A stretch of DNA of 64,000 nt from Longimicrobiales bacterium. Its GTDB lineage: Bacteria; Gemmatimonadota; Gemmatimonadetes; Longimicrobiales; Gaopeijiaceae. A program made the translations under genes and the position numbers. This document shows, piece by piece, positions 1 through 9,893 of this stretch (positions within the stretch are counted from its first letter, which is position 1; the number at the start of each line of letters is the position of its first letter). Location: the NCBI GenBank assembly GCA_965202985.1, contig CBDBCF010000001.1, positions 2,688,001 to 2,752,000 of the forward strand. Direction: 5' to 3'. The notes under the pieces were generated by a model. That model worked only from the letters and a program-made list of their open reading frames with translations, was not told where the DNA came from and made no database searches.

Positions 1-13
1 CGACGGTGCGCGG

Positions 14-2209
14 TCAAGTCTTTCCCTTGAGGAAGCGGTCGAAGAAGCCTTCCGCCGCCCGGAACGCCGCCGTCCAGTTCCGGTGCAGCAGGAAGCCGTG
101 GACTTCGTCGGGGAAGACGAGCTGCTCCACGTGCACGCCCTTCTTCCGCAGGACTTCGGCCAACTCCACGGACTCGCTGAAGGGAACGTTGCGGTCGTCG
201 TCGCCGTGGATCAGCAGCACCGGCGAAGTCCAGCCGTCCACGTACGCCATCGGGGATGAATCGAAGGCCGAGCGAGCCACGTCCGACCGCGCCGCCGGGT
301 CGTAGGACGGCACGAAGTTGCGGATGACGGGGTTCCAGTCGTGAACGCCGTGCACGTCCACGCCGGCGCGAAAGAGGCCGGACGCCTGGGCCAAGCCGTG
401 CGCCGTCAGGTAGCCGCCGTACGATCCGCCCCACAAGCCGATCCTGGCCGCATCCACATCGTCGCGCCCGGCCATGTACGCGCCCGCGCCCAGCACGTCG
501 CGGACCTCCGACGCGCCCCCGGCGCCGTAGCCTTTGGCTTCGCGGAACTCCATCCCGTAGCCGATGCCGCTGCGGTAGTTGACCGACAGCACGGCGTAGC
601 CTTGGTCCGCCAGCCGCTGGTTGAAGGAGTAGGCGTTGTGGTAGTAGCCCCGGTGGTGAAAGCCCAGCAGCATCTGCCGCCGCGAGCCGCCGTGAAGAAA
701 CAGGATGCCCGGCCATCCTTCGGGCGGAGCGGAGCCCTTGGGCAGGAACAGTTGGCCGTGGATGCGCAGGCCGTCCGTGCCGGGGAAGACGACTTGGATC
801 GGTTCGACCAAGCCCCGGGGCAGGGCGGCCCGCTGTCCCGGCGCCAGCCACCGCCGTTCGCCGTCCGACAACACCTCGGCATGGGCCGGCGTCGTGCCCG
901 ACGACGCCAGGAAAGCCACTTCGCCGCTGGCCAGCGGGGCCGGCTGCCACTCGATGCCGGCGCCCGGCGTGAGCGCCTGGGCGCCCGACCCGTCCATCGG
1001 CGCTCGCCACAGGTGCTGCCGGTCCACGTTTGCTTGGTTGGAAGAGAAGACCAGCGCATCGCCGTTCGGAACCATGGACACGTACTGCACCTCGAAGGCG
1101 CCCGTGGCAACGGAAACGGGCGAACCGCCGCCGTCCGCCGCGACCGAGTAAAGGTTTGTGTAGCCGTTCGCCTCCCACGCGAAGGCGATCCGGTCGTCGG
1201 TGCCCCAGAAGAGCTGGCGGCCAGCGGAGACCTGCCGGTGCACGCTGCCGGGCCCGGGTTGGGCCTCGAAGACCTCCCAGGCGAATCCGTCCTCCACGCG
1301 GGCCGCGCGAATGCTCCACGGCAACGACTCGCGCAGGGCGAAGAACGGCAGCTGCCCCTTGCGGCTGGGCACGCGCAGGAACGCGATCGTCGAGCCGTCC
1401 GGAGACCAGACGGGGCTGCCGTCCCGGTCGAGCGACGGGTCCAGGTACCGCAGGTCTCGCGTCTCCAGGTCCAGCACGGCGACGAACGCATGGTCTCCGC
1501 GCCGACTGGTCCACGCCAAGTGCGCTTCGCCGGGAGAAAGCGCCAGCTCGGCGGGCGTGCCGCGCCCCTCGGCGAGCGGTTCGGATTGGGCCTCGGGGTC
1601 CTGGACCGCCCGACGGTGGACGGTGCCGTCGCGGATGAAGTAGACGTGCTCGCCGTTCCGCGACAGAACCGGCGAGTGCCCAGGTCCCAGCTTGCGCGCG
1701 ATGCCGTCCGGAGTCGTCGACCAAAGTTCCCGTTCGGCACCGCGGGGGTCGCTGGTCGGGTTGGGCGTCTCGCCCGCCCGGTTCGGCGCGCCGCCACGAA
1801 CGAAGACCACTACGGCGCCGTCGGCGGAGACGGCCAGCGACGCGATCTCCTGACCGTCGTCGCCCTCGAAGGCGGTGACGGCACGACCTTGCCAGCCGGG
1901 ACCGTGCGCCACCCAGACGTTGCGTGCGCCGCGCTCGTTCCGAACCCACGCGACCGCCGGGCTGTCGGCGGCGGCCACCAATCCCGAGGGGAACGGCCAG
2001 CCCACGAGCGCCTCCAAGTCCACCTCTTGCACGGTTGCCCGCGGAGGCGCGACGGCGTGCAGCGCCCCGGCAAAACTCCCGATGGTCGCCGCCAGCGCGG
2101 TCGCGAAGATCGTGTTGCGGGTGCGAAGAGCCCTCGGCGCGCTCGTCCGCGTCGCTGTTGCCAAACGCCGTCGGCCGCCTGCTCGGTTGCGTCTCACAGG
2201 CCTACGCAA
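14..2209 (-). CDS. S9 family (prolyl oligopeptidase/dipeptidyl-peptidase-like) serine peptidase, secreted, with N-terminal beta-propeller
   Basis: GLWGGSYGG nucleophile elbow, HGDDDRNV (Asp) and DEVHGF (His) triad motifs; PD40/TolB-like repeats (PVWSPDG); hydrophobic signal segment. Start uncertain (TTG 2209, GTG 2197 or TTG 2164). Confidence 0.9.
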   Translation of the reverse strand: MRRPVRRNRAGGRRRLATATRTSAPRALRTRNTIFATALAATIGSFAGALHAVAPPRATVQEVDLEALVGWPFPSGLVAAADSPAVAWVRNERGARNVWVAHGPGWQGRAVTAFEGDDGQEIASLAVSADGAVVVFVRGGAPNRAGETPNPTSDPRGAERELWSTTPDGIARKLGPGHSPVLSRNGEHVYFIRDGTVHRRAVQDPEAQSEPLAEGRGTPAELALSPGEAHLAWTSRRGDHAFVAVLDLETRDLRYLDPSLDRDGSPVWSPDGSTIAFLRVPSRKGQLPFFALRESLPWSIRAARVEDGFAWEVFEAQPGPGSVHRQVSAGRQLFWGTDDRIAFAWEANGYTNLYSVAADGGGSPVSVATGAFEVQYVSMVPNGDALVFSSNQANVDRQHLWRAPMDGSGAQALTPGAGIEWQPAPLASGEVAFLASSGTTPAHAEVLSDGERRWLAPGQRAALPRGLVEPIQVVFPGTDGLRIHGQLFLPKGSAPPEGWPGILFLHGGSRRQMLLGFHHRGYYHNAYSFNQRLADQGYAVLSVNYRSGIGYGMEFREAKGYGAGGASEVRDVLGAGAYMAGRDDVDAARIGLWGGSYGGYLTAHGLAQASGLFRAGVDVHGVHDWNPVIRNFVPSYDPAARSDVARSAFDSSPMAYVDGWTSPVLLIHGDDDRNVPFSESVELAEVLRKKGVHVEQLVFPDEVHGFLLHRNWTAAFRAAEGFFDRFLKGKT

Positions 2210-3683
2210 GGGGCTGGGCCACCAGCCACGACGTTGCTGCCAGCGCCGCCGCCGCCAACGCCAGCTCCACGAACGCGGGAAGGGTCAGCAGGCCCGGACG
2301 GGGGCTCTCGGCCAGCGCCGGCCGCACCACTCGCCAGTTGTAGAAGCCCATGGTCATCACCGCGGCCACCACCGCGAGCTTGATCGAGAGCGCCCGGCCC
2401 CAGGCCGTGGTCCAGAGCTGGGACAACGCCTCCAGTCGAATCCAAGCGTTGGCGCCGCCGCTGGCCGCCAGCAGGACGACCGCCACGACGGCGACGCGCG
2501 AGAACGCCGCCACCATGGGGGCCAAGCCGCCCTCTTCCGCGTCCTCCGCGTGGCGCTTGACGGCCGGCACTCCGGCGAAGAGCACGCAGAACAGCCCGCC
2601 GACCCAGATGCTGGCGGCTGTCACGTGCAGATAGAGGGCGGGGGCGGCCAGCGACCGGGGCTCCGCGCTCCAAGCGTGTCCCGACAGGACGGGAACCAAA
2701 GGCAGACACAAGGCGGAGATGCCCGCGACGCCCCATCCTGCGCCCCGCGGCCCCTGCCTCCGTGCAAGGGCGACCGCGGCGCCGGCCAACACGCCCAGCC
2801 CGGCGTGCAGCATCCATCCGGCGCCCCACGGCGTGCCCGTCAGGAGGCCGCGCAAGTCGGACGCCGGGTCGTCGGGGAAGAACGCCTGAACTTGGAACCA
2901 AAGCCTGAACGGCGCCGACGCCAGAACGGCCCCTGCGCTCAGCGCGGCGATCTTCCAGGCGCGACCAACGGCCGCTTGATAGACTTCGCGGGACCCTTGC
3001 CGAGCCAGGACCCCCGCGACCAACAACCGAAACGCGACCGCGCCCAGCAACCCGACGACGCCCAGGTAGAAGACGAAGCCCGTGGCCGCCGGGGCCAGCG
3101 CGGCGCCGATGGCCGAGTTCCCGGTCGCGGCCGACACGCGGCTGGCGTCCAGCGTGTCGCTTTCGCCCGACGTGTCGCCGGCTTCGTCCGGCGTATCGCT
3201 GGGTTCGCCCGACAGCTCGTTTGCTTCGTCCATTGTGCCGCCGACGTCCAGCGTGTCCAGCAGCGCGCCGCCGCCGGCCCCGGGCGCGTCCGCGGCGCGA
3301 TCGAGCGTGTCGAGGGTCGTGCTCGGCGTGTCCGCAACTTCCTGCGCGACCCGAAAGCCGAAGGCGCCGGATACGGCGTGGCCGTCGGGTCCTCCCGTGG
3401 TCCACGCCACCTGGTAGGCGCCGTCCAGCAGAGGCTGGGCCAAAGGCAGCACGAGCACGTCGCGCCGGTCGTCGGCCAAGTGGGCCACCTCGCCGCCGCC
3501 CATTGGCGTCTGGGCGCCTCCGCCTGCGATCAGCGCCGCCAGCGCCGTCCCCGAAACGAGCATCGCGACAAACGCGAACCCGTGCCGCGTCGTCGGCTCG
3601 CCCGCATGGGATCTGGCGCGATCCATCCCGGCCGCCGGTCCGTCGCGACCCGCGCGCCGCCGTCTCGGGTCCAACGACCTCAC
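2202..3683 (-). CDS. CopC(partial)-CopD copper resistance/uptake membrane protein
   Basis: CopC-like C-terminal motif GAYQVAWTTGGPDGHAVSGAFGFRV, acidic linker, then CopD helices (LSGHAW, LHVTAASIWVGGL, FSRVA, WGRALSIKL). GTG start overlaps the upstream TGA (GTGA). Confidence 0.82.
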   Translation of the reverse strand: MRSLDPRRRRAGRDGPAAGMDRARSHAGEPTTRHGFAFVAMLVSGTALAALIAGGGAQTPMGGGEVAHLADDRRDVLVLPLAQPLLDGAYQVAWTTGGPDGHAVSGAFGFRVAQEVADTPSTTLDTLDRAADAPGAGGGALLDTLDVGGTMDEANELSGEPSDTPDEAGDTSGESDTLDASRVSAATGNSAIGAALAPAATGFVFYLGVVGLLGAVAFRLLVAGVLARQGSREVYQAAVGRAWKIAALSAGAVLASAPFRLWFQVQAFFPDDPASDLRGLLTGTPWGAGWMLHAGLGVLAGAAVALARRQGPRGAGWGVAGISALCLPLVPVLSGHAWSAEPRSLAAPALYLHVTAASIWVGGLFCVLFAGVPAVKRHAEDAEEGGLAPMVAAFSRVAVVAVVLLAASGGANAWIRLEALSQLWTTAWGRALSIKLAVVAAVMTMGFYNWRVVRPALAESPRPGLLTLPAFVELALAAAALAATSWLVAQPLA

Positions 3684-5035
3684 TCGGCGGGCAGCCCGTG
3701 CGCCATGGCCCACTCCACCGCCTCGGCGAAGCGGTCCAGCTCTTCCAACGTCGTGTAGACGCTGGGCGAGATGCGCAGTCCTTCGCACTCCTCGTGCCCG
3801 ATCGCCACGTTGACGATCCGGTGCTCGGTCCAAAGCCAGCGCCCGAGCCGGGCCGTGTCCAGCCCGTCCACGTGCACGTTCGCGATCCCGCAGGCGAAGC
3901 CCGGCTTCAGGCTGGTGTTCAGGCTGACCCGCTCGTTCTCCAGCAGCCGCCGAGCCCAGTAGTTGCGCAGGTACGTCAGCCGAGCGGTCTTCCGGTCGCT
4001 TCCGATCCCCTGGTGGAAGGTCAGCGCCTCGCCGATCGCCAGGTAGTTGGCCGCCGGATGGGTGCCGATCTCTTCGAACTTGCGGATGTCGCCGTCCTTC
4101 GAGTCCGGCGCGGCCATCAGCGGCCAGATCGCGGGGATTTCGTCCTTGCGCACGTAGAGCAGCCCGGTGCCGTGGGGCGCGAAGAGCCACTTGTGCAGGC
4201 TGGTGGAGTAGTTGTCGCACTCCAGGTCGGGAAGCTTGAAGCTGAAGTGGGCCATGGCGTGCGCCCCGTCCACAACGACCGGAACTCCATGCCTGCGCGC
4301 CATGCGCACCACGTCGCGGACGGGCAGGATCTGCCCCGTCAGGTTGATCATGTGGCACATGAGGATCATCCGCGTCCGGGGCGTGATCGCCTCCTCGAAG
4401 CGCCGCACCACCTCCGCCGGGTCCTCGGCGGGAACGGGGACCTTGATCTGCCTCATGACGATCCCCTCGCGACGCTCCCGCTGCCGGAAGGTGGTGAGCA
4501 TCCGGCCGTAGTCCTGCGTCGTGGTCAGGACCTCGTCGCCCTCCGCCAAGTCGTATCCGAACTGGCAGGTTTGAAGGCCTTCGGAGGCGTTGCGCGTGAA
4601 CGCGACCTCTTCGGCGTCGACGCCCCACTCCCGCGCCATGCGCGCCCGGACGCCCTCGCGCTGCGGCTCCAGGACCTGCCACATCGTGTAGGTGGGCGCC
4701 TTGTTGGAGTAGTCCAGGTGCCGCTTCATGGCGTCCTGCACGAACGCCGGCGACGGGCTCACGCCTCCGTTGTTGAGGTTGACCAGGGTCCGGTCCACGG
4801 TGAATGCCCGCGCCACCTCCGCCCAGAAGCTCTCGTCGCGGGCGATCTCCCCCGGCGTTCCCGCGTGTCCCGCCAAGCCGGCGGCGATGTCCGCGGCGCG
4901 ACCGTTTAGGGAGGGCAACCGCGACGCCCCCAAGCCGGACGCTCCCAGCGTGGCGACAGCCGCCCCGAGAAAGTGCCTGCGGCTGGGAGTAGTCGGGTTC
5001 GGGCTCGGAACTGGGCGTCGCTTCGTCGTCGTCAT
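3680..5035 (-). CDS. Tat-exported class V PLP-dependent aminotransferase (isopenicillin-N epimerase-like)
   Basis: SRRHFL twin-arginine signal; LNNGGVSP, VVDGAH and SLHKW (PLP lysine) motifs; [11 protein letters not shown] before ATG 5035. Confidence 0.88.
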   Translation of the reverse strand: MTTTKRRPVPSPNPTTPSRRHFLGAAVATLGASGLGASRLPSLNGRAADIAAGLAGHAGTPGEIARDESFWAEVARAFTVDRTLVNLNNGGVSPSPAFVQDAMKRHLDYSNKAPTYTMWQVLEPQREGVRARMAREWGVDAEEVAFTRNASEGLQTCQFGYDLAEGDEVLTTTQDYGRMLTTFRQRERREGIVMRQIKVPVPAEDPAEVVRRFEEAITPRTRMILMCHMINLTGQILPVRDVVRMARRHGVPVVVDGAHAMAHFSFKLPDLECDNYSTSLHKWLFAPHGTGLLYVRKDEIPAIWPLMAAPDSKDGDIRKFEEIGTHPAANYLAIGEALTFHQGIGSDRKTARLTYLRNYWARRLLENERVSLNTSLKPGFACGIANVHVDGLDTARLGRWLWTEHRIVNVAIGHEECEGLRISPSVYTTLEELDRFAEAVEWAMAHGLPAE

Positions 5036-5087
5036 CTTGGCTCCCTCCGGTGAACTTGCGGCGTGGACGGCCCCACTCTCCAAATAG

Positions 5088-5123
5088 TAGTGCGCCCCGG
5101 CACGATAGTGCGCCCCCGCGCGG
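5088..5123. repeat. Two 18-bp tandem units (shared core TAGTGCGCCCC) in a divergent promoter region
   Basis: TAGTGCGCCCCGGCACGA / TAGTGCGCCCCCGCGCGG read directly between the divergent aminotransferase and rnz starts. Confidence 0.55.
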
Positions 5124-5151
5124 TTTTGCAATTCGGTACCTTCCCTGTCCA

Positions 5152-6093
5152 ATGATTCGAGTGCGCTTTCTGGGCACCGCCGCCGCGCGGCCCACGGTGG
5201 CCCGCAACGTGGCGGGGATCGCCGTTCAGCGGGAGGGCAGGCCGCAAACCGGCCCGATGACGACCACGTCTGTCTTGTGGGACTGCGGCGAGGGCACGCA
5301 GCGCCAGATCATGCGCTACGGAACCGGCTTCTCGTTCGCTCGCATCTTCGTCACGCACGCGCACGCCGACCACTACCTGGGACTGCCCGGCCTGTTGCGC
5401 ACCATGGGCCTGCAGGGCAGGGAAGAGGGGATGACGATCTACGGTCCCGTCGGCGCCGCAGATGCGCTGCGGACCGCCGTGCACCTGGGCGCCGAGCGGC
5501 TGGCGTTTCCGGTGGAGGTGACGAGCCTTCGGCCGGGCGACCGCGTGGGTTTCGACGGCTGGGCGGTGCAGGCGTTCCCGGCGGATCACGGCCTGCCGGC
5601 GCTGGGGTACGCCTTGGTGGAGGAGGCGCGGCCGGGGCGATTCGACGTGGAGGAGGCGCGGCGGCTGGGGGTTGCGGAGGGTCCGCTCTTCGGGCAGCTG
5701 CACCGGGGCGAGGCGGTGGAGGGCGCCGACGGGCGGCGCGTGACGCCGGACCAGGTCGTGGGGCCGGCGCGGCCGGGGCGAAAGGTGGTCTACACGGGAG
5801 ACTCGCGGCCGACCGCCCATGCGGAAGAGATGGCCCGAGGCGCCGACCTGCTGGTGCACGACGCGACCTTCGCCGCCGCCGAAGCCCAGCGCGCCCGGGA
5901 AACCGGCCACTCCACGACGGTCCAAGCAGCCGAGGCGGCCTCGCGGGCGGGCGCTCGGCGGTTGGCGCTCACCCACGTCTCGGCGCGCTATTCCGACGCC
6001 CCCAAGGTCCTCGAACAAGAGGCCCGCGCGGTCTTTCCCGGGGCGCGGGTGGCGTATGACGGGTACGAAGTGGAGATCCCCCACCTTGATTAG
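5152..6093 (+). CDS. rnz: Ribonuclease Z
   Basis: FLGT start, DCGEGTQRQ, THAHADH metallo-beta-lactamase motif, GP-rich exosite (GVAEGPLFGQL), YTGDS, HDATF, HST, LTHVSARY. Confidence 0.95.
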   Translation: MIRVRFLGTAAARPTVARNVAGIAVQREGRPQTGPMTTTSVLWDCGEGTQRQIMRYGTGFSFARIFVTHAHADHYLGLPGLLRTMGLQGREEGMTIYGPVGAADALRTAVHLGAERLAFPVEVTSLRPGDRVGFDGWAVQAFPADHGLPALGYALVEEARPGRFDVEEARRLGVAEGPLFGQLHRGEAVEGADGRRVTPDQVVGPARPGRKVVYTGDSRPTAHAEEMARGADLLVHDATFAAAEAQRARETGHSTTVQAAEAASRAGARRLALTHVSARYSDAPKVLEQEARAVFPGARVAYDGYEVEIPHLD

Positions 6094-7048
6094 CGAAGGG
6101 GTCGGCGCAGGTCCGACAGGCGGCGGCGCCCCGGCCGAAGGTGCCCTCCCGGCAGTGACCGCAGGTCCGCCGCCCGGCTGCCGGTCCGTGGTGATCGTGG
6201 GGCTGGGCGTCATGGGGGGATCGGTGGCCAAGGCCGTGCGCGGCCGCGCCCCCGAGCTTCCCGTCTACGGCGTCGACTCGGACGACGCGGCGCTCCGATT
6301 GGCGGCTCGGGACGGAGTGCGGTCGGCTCCGGGGCTGGCGGGGCACGAGACCGAGAACGCCGTCGTCGTGTTCGCGACGCCGTTGGACGCAACCACGTCG
6401 CTGCTGCGCACGGAGGCCGCGTCGTGGAGAAGCGCGCTCCTGGCCACCGACGTGGCCGGCCTCAAGGCGCCCGTGCTTCAGGCGGCAGCGGCAGCGGCGC
6501 CGACGGCGGAAGGGGCGGAAACCGTCTTCGCGGGTTCGCATCCCATGTACGGCTCGGAGCGGTCCGGCTACGGCGCCTCGCGCGGCGACCTTTTCGAGGG
6601 CGCGCGGGTTTGGCTCTGCCCGCTGCCGGGCGGCAAGGCGGCGCTGGACCGGGCGGCCGCTTTCTGGCGCTGGCTGGGCGGGGTCCCGGAGATCGTGACC
6701 GCCGAACGCCACGACCGCACCATGTCGTGGGCCAGCCACCTGCCTCAGCTGACCGCCTGGGCGCTGGCGCAGGCGCTGGACGACGCAGGCCTTGCCCCCG
6801 AAGACCTGGGACCCGGCGGCGCGGACATGACCCGGCTGGCTGCTTCGAGCCCCGAGGTCTGGGCGCCCCTGCTGACGGCGGCTGCCCAAGAGGACGCGGA
6901 GGCGCTGCGGGCCCTGGAGGTGCGCTTGGCCGACCTTCGCAAGGCCTTGAAGCGCCTGCAGCCCGCAAGCCCAGCTTCGGCGAGCGGCCCGACCGCACTC
7001 GCCCGCGCCGTCGAGACTGCAAGGGAATGGCCGGCAAGACGCCGCTGA
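6086..7048 (+). CDS. tyrA: Prephenate/arogenate dehydrogenase
   Basis: GLGVMGGS Rossmann motif, TDVAGLK, GSHPMYGSE, HD..SHLPQL, DMTRLA; upstream of aroA. Start uncertain. Confidence 0.9.
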   Translation: MISEGVGAGPTGGGAPAEGALPAVTAGPPPGCRSVVIVGLGVMGGSVAKAVRGRAPELPVYGVDSDDAALRLAARDGVRSAPGLAGHETENAVVVFATPLDATTSLLRTEAASWRSALLATDVAGLKAPVLQAAAAAAPTAEGAETVFAGSHPMYGSERSGYGASRGDLFEGARVWLCPLPGGKAALDRAAAFWRWLGGVPEIVTAERHDRTMSWASHLPQLTAWALAQALDDAGLAPEDLGPGGADMTRLAASSPEVWAPLLTAAAQEDAEALRALEVRLADLRKALKRLQPASPASASGPTALARAVETAREWPARRR

Positions 7049-9084
7049 CGGTTCGCGTTCCCGGAGACAAGTCCGTAAGCCAGCGGGCGTTGATCCTGGC
7101 CGCCATGGCCGACGGCGAGAGTCGCATCGGCGGCCTGCTTCGGAGCGCGGACCCCGTCGCCACCGGTCGCGCCTTGGTTGCCCTGGGCGTGCCGATCTCG
7201 GCCCTGGAGGGCGCACCGGAGGAACCGGTCCTGATCCGGGGCGCGGGCCTGCGGATGTGGCGCCGGCCTTGCTGTCCACTGGACTTGGCCAACAGCGGCA
7301 CCGGTGCTCGACTGCTGGCCGGGGCGCTGGCGGCCCAGCCGCTCTCGGTGGTCCTGTCGGGCGACGAGTCCCTGTCGCGCCGCCCCATGGAGCGGATCGC
7401 GGAACCGCTGCGTCGAATGGGCGCGGCGGTGAACTGGCTGGGCCGACCGGGCGTTCTCCCCATGCGGATCGACGGCCGGCGTCTGTCCGCAATCGTCCAC
7501 GAGAGCCCGGTGGCCAGCGCCCAGGTGAAGAGCGCCGTCCTCTTGGCGGCTGTCGGCGCCGGCTGCGCGGTGAAGGTCGTGGAGCCCCGCCGCTCCCGAG
7601 ACCACACCGAGCGGATGCTGTCGGCGATGGGCGCGACGGTGGACGAAGGTCCCGCGGCCGACGGCTGGTCGGTTCGGATCGCCGTCCCGCCGGACCGCCT
7701 GTCCCCCTTGGATATGGCCGTGCCCGGCGACTTCTCCTCGGCTGCGTTCTTCATGGCGTGGGCGGCGCTGCACGAGGACGCGCGCCTCGTCCTCCCGTCC
7801 GTGGGGCTGGCCGAGACCCGCACCGGGTTCGCGACCGTCCTGTCCCGCATGGGTGTCCACGTCCGCGTTTCCCACGAACCGCCGGCCGGGGGCGAACCGG
7901 TGGGCGATGTGCAGGTGAAGAGCGGCGACGGGCTGCGCGCGGTGGAGGTGGACGGGGCCGAGGTGCCCTCCCTGATCGACGAAATTCCCTTGGTGGCCGT
8001 GTTGGCCGCCCGTGCCGAAGGCGTCACCAAGATCACCGGCGCGGAGGAGCTGCGCGTCAAGGAGTCCGACCGCATTGCCGCCCTGGCGGGCAACTTGCGG
8101 GCAGTCGGCGTGGATGCCGACGAGCTGGCCGACGGACTGGAGATCGAGGGCACGCGTCGTCCGCTGTCGGGCCGAGTGCGGTGCTTCGGCGACCACCGCA
8201 TCGCCATGGCCTTCGGCGTCCTGGGAACGGCCCCGGACTGCGATGTCCGCGTGGACGAGCCAGCGGCCGCGAACGTGAGCTTCCCCGACTTCTGGAGGTT
8301 GCTGGCGGACGTCGAGCGCCGGCGACGGGAGGCGACGCCCAGCGCTGGAGCGGCCAAACCAAAGCGGACCGGAGACGGGTCCAAGTCCTCTTCGCGCGGC
8401 TCTCCCCGCTGCATCGTGGTGGCGGTAGACGGCCCCGCGGGCTCGGGCAAGTCCACTACCGCTCAGGATGTGGCGGCCCGTCTGGGCTTTCGCCACCTGG
8501 ACTCGGGCGCTCTCTACCGGGGCGTCGTGCTGGGGCTGCTGGCGTCGGGCCGCGACATGACCCGCCTGGACACGGTGTCCACCGCCGAAGTCGAGCGGCT
8601 GCAGATCGGCGCGGGCTGGGACGGTCCAACGATGCACGTCGTGGTCCACGGCGAGCGCGTCCCGGACCAACGTCTCCGCAGCGACGAGGTCACGGCATGG
8701 GTCTCCCAAGTCTCGGCGCTGCCGGCGGTTCGCGCCTGCCTGCTCGGGTTGCAGCGCTCCGCCGCCCGCGACGCCGGCCTGGTCGCCGACGGCCGCGACA
8801 TCGCGACGGTGGTGTTCCCCGAAGCCGACGTGAAGATCTTCCTGGTCGCGGACACCCGAGAGCGAGCGCGTCGGCGCTTGGCCCAAGGCGGAATCGAACA
8901 CCCCTCCGAGGCGCAGATCGAGGCCGAAGCCGCCCGGCTGGAGGCGCGCGACGCCATGGACTCGTCCCGCAAGCTGGCGCCGCTGAAGCCGGCCCAGGAC
9001 GCCGTCCGCGTGGACACGACCCGGCTCACGCCCGCCCAGCAGGCGGACAGCATCGCGCGGCTGGTCGGGGAAGCCCGACGCTGA
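7027..9084 (+). CDS. aroA: Bifunctional EPSP synthase / cytidylate kinase (AroA-Cmk fusion)
   Basis: PGDKSVSQR, NSGTGAR, SAQVKSA, RDHTE, ELRVKESDR, DHRIAM (AroA), then VAVDGPAGSGKST, DSGALYR, DGRDIATVVFP (Cmk) in one frame. Confidence 0.95.
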   Translation: MAGKTPLTVRVPGDKSVSQRALILAAMADGESRIGGLLRSADPVATGRALVALGVPISALEGAPEEPVLIRGAGLRMWRRPCCPLDLANSGTGARLLAGALAAQPLSVVLSGDESLSRRPMERIAEPLRRMGAAVNWLGRPGVLPMRIDGRRLSAIVHESPVASAQVKSAVLLAAVGAGCAVKVVEPRRSRDHTERMLSAMGATVDEGPAADGWSVRIAVPPDRLSPLDMAVPGDFSSAAFFMAWAALHEDARLVLPSVGLAETRTGFATVLSRMGVHVRVSHEPPAGGEPVGDVQVKSGDGLRAVEVDGAEVPSLIDEIPLVAVLAARAEGVTKITGAEELRVKESDRIAALAGNLRAVGVDADELADGLEIEGTRRPLSGRVRCFGDHRIAMAFGVLGTAPDCDVRVDEPAAANVSFPDFWRLLADVERRRREATPSAGAAKPKRTGDGSKSSSRGSPRCIVVAVDGPAGSGKSTTAQDVAARLGFRHLDSGALYRGVVLGLLASGRDMTRLDTVSTAEVERLQIGAGWDGPTMHVVVHGERVPDQRLRSDEVTAWVSQVSALPAVRACLLGLQRSAARDAGLVADGRDIATVVFPEADVKIFLVADTRERARRRLAQGGIEHPSEAQIEAEAARLEARDAMDSSRKLAPLKPAQDAVRVDTTRLTPAQQADSIARLVGEARR

Positions 9085-9194
9085 CCCGGAGAACGCCGAG
9101 CCGTCCTCTGCCCCCGCTATCGTCCTGTATTGTGCTTCCCGCCGGGCCTCCCCGACGGTCCCCGCCCTGGGTCGCATAAGTCCAGGAGAACAAA

Positions 9195-9839
9195 ATGTTC
9201 GCCAAAACGCTTTGACGGCCGCGGCCGCAGTCATGGTCCTGCTCGGCCCCGAAGTCGAGAGGGACTGCTCGAGAAGCCCGTCGCCAAGCTCGGCCACGGG
9301 AAACGTGGTCCTGGTCGCCGTTCCCGCCGCCCAGGGGGGCCAAGACCGACATCGTCCTGTTCGTCGACGCCGCCGCCGAGGAGTGCCCGCCCGACAGCAA
9401 GGTCGACCACGTCTTCCGGCTTCAGATGGACGAAGTGGTGGAACTTCGGCTGCAGCTGGCCGATGTCCGCGTCGACTGGAACCGCAGCACGGTATCGGTC
9501 CGGGACCGCCTGGGCCGATCGTTGGCGCTGACGATTCAGAAGCCCTTCGGCCCGACTCCTTCGTCCACGTTCGTAGGCTTCGGGTTGAGCCACGCCGGCG
9601 GATGGGACGTCGCCCTTCCGGCGGGCGAACCGACGGCTGCCCAGTACGTCGCGCTGGCCGCCAACGCGGTTTCCGCAGAAGGTGGGTGCGAAGGGCACAC
9701 CGGGGGGGAAGGGGCGGCGGAGTGTTCCATTGCATGTAGCGGCGGGTGCTCGGTATCTTGCCGCAACGGCTACTATGCATGTTGCAGGTGCGTCCTCCCG
9801 ACACCGAAATGCAACTGCGTAAAGGCAGAACCCAACTGA
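9195..9839 (+). pseudogene. Secreted protein with Cys-rich C-terminus, interrupted by two compensating single-base frameshifts
   Basis: AGGAGA RBS + ATG 9195 is in frame with the 9426-9839 ORF but stops at 9213. The signal-peptide-like segment LTAAAAVMVLLG...VVLVAVP lies in another frame (9212) until the G6 run at ~9334. Tail CEGHTGGEGAAECSIACSGGCSVSCRNGYYACCRCVLPTPKCNC. Confidence 0.6.
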
Positions 9840-9893
9840 CTGACGTATCGAGTGGCAAGGCGTCGCACTTCCCCACGAGCATCGGAGGGAGCC

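Noticed and set aside
341..3758. Long plus-strand ORFs (341-2383, 1875-3758) and many similar antisense or alternate-frame ORFs across the window
   Set aside because: Shadow ORFs of GC-rich genes: Arg/Pro/Gly-rich, no motifs, and they overlap well-supported genes.
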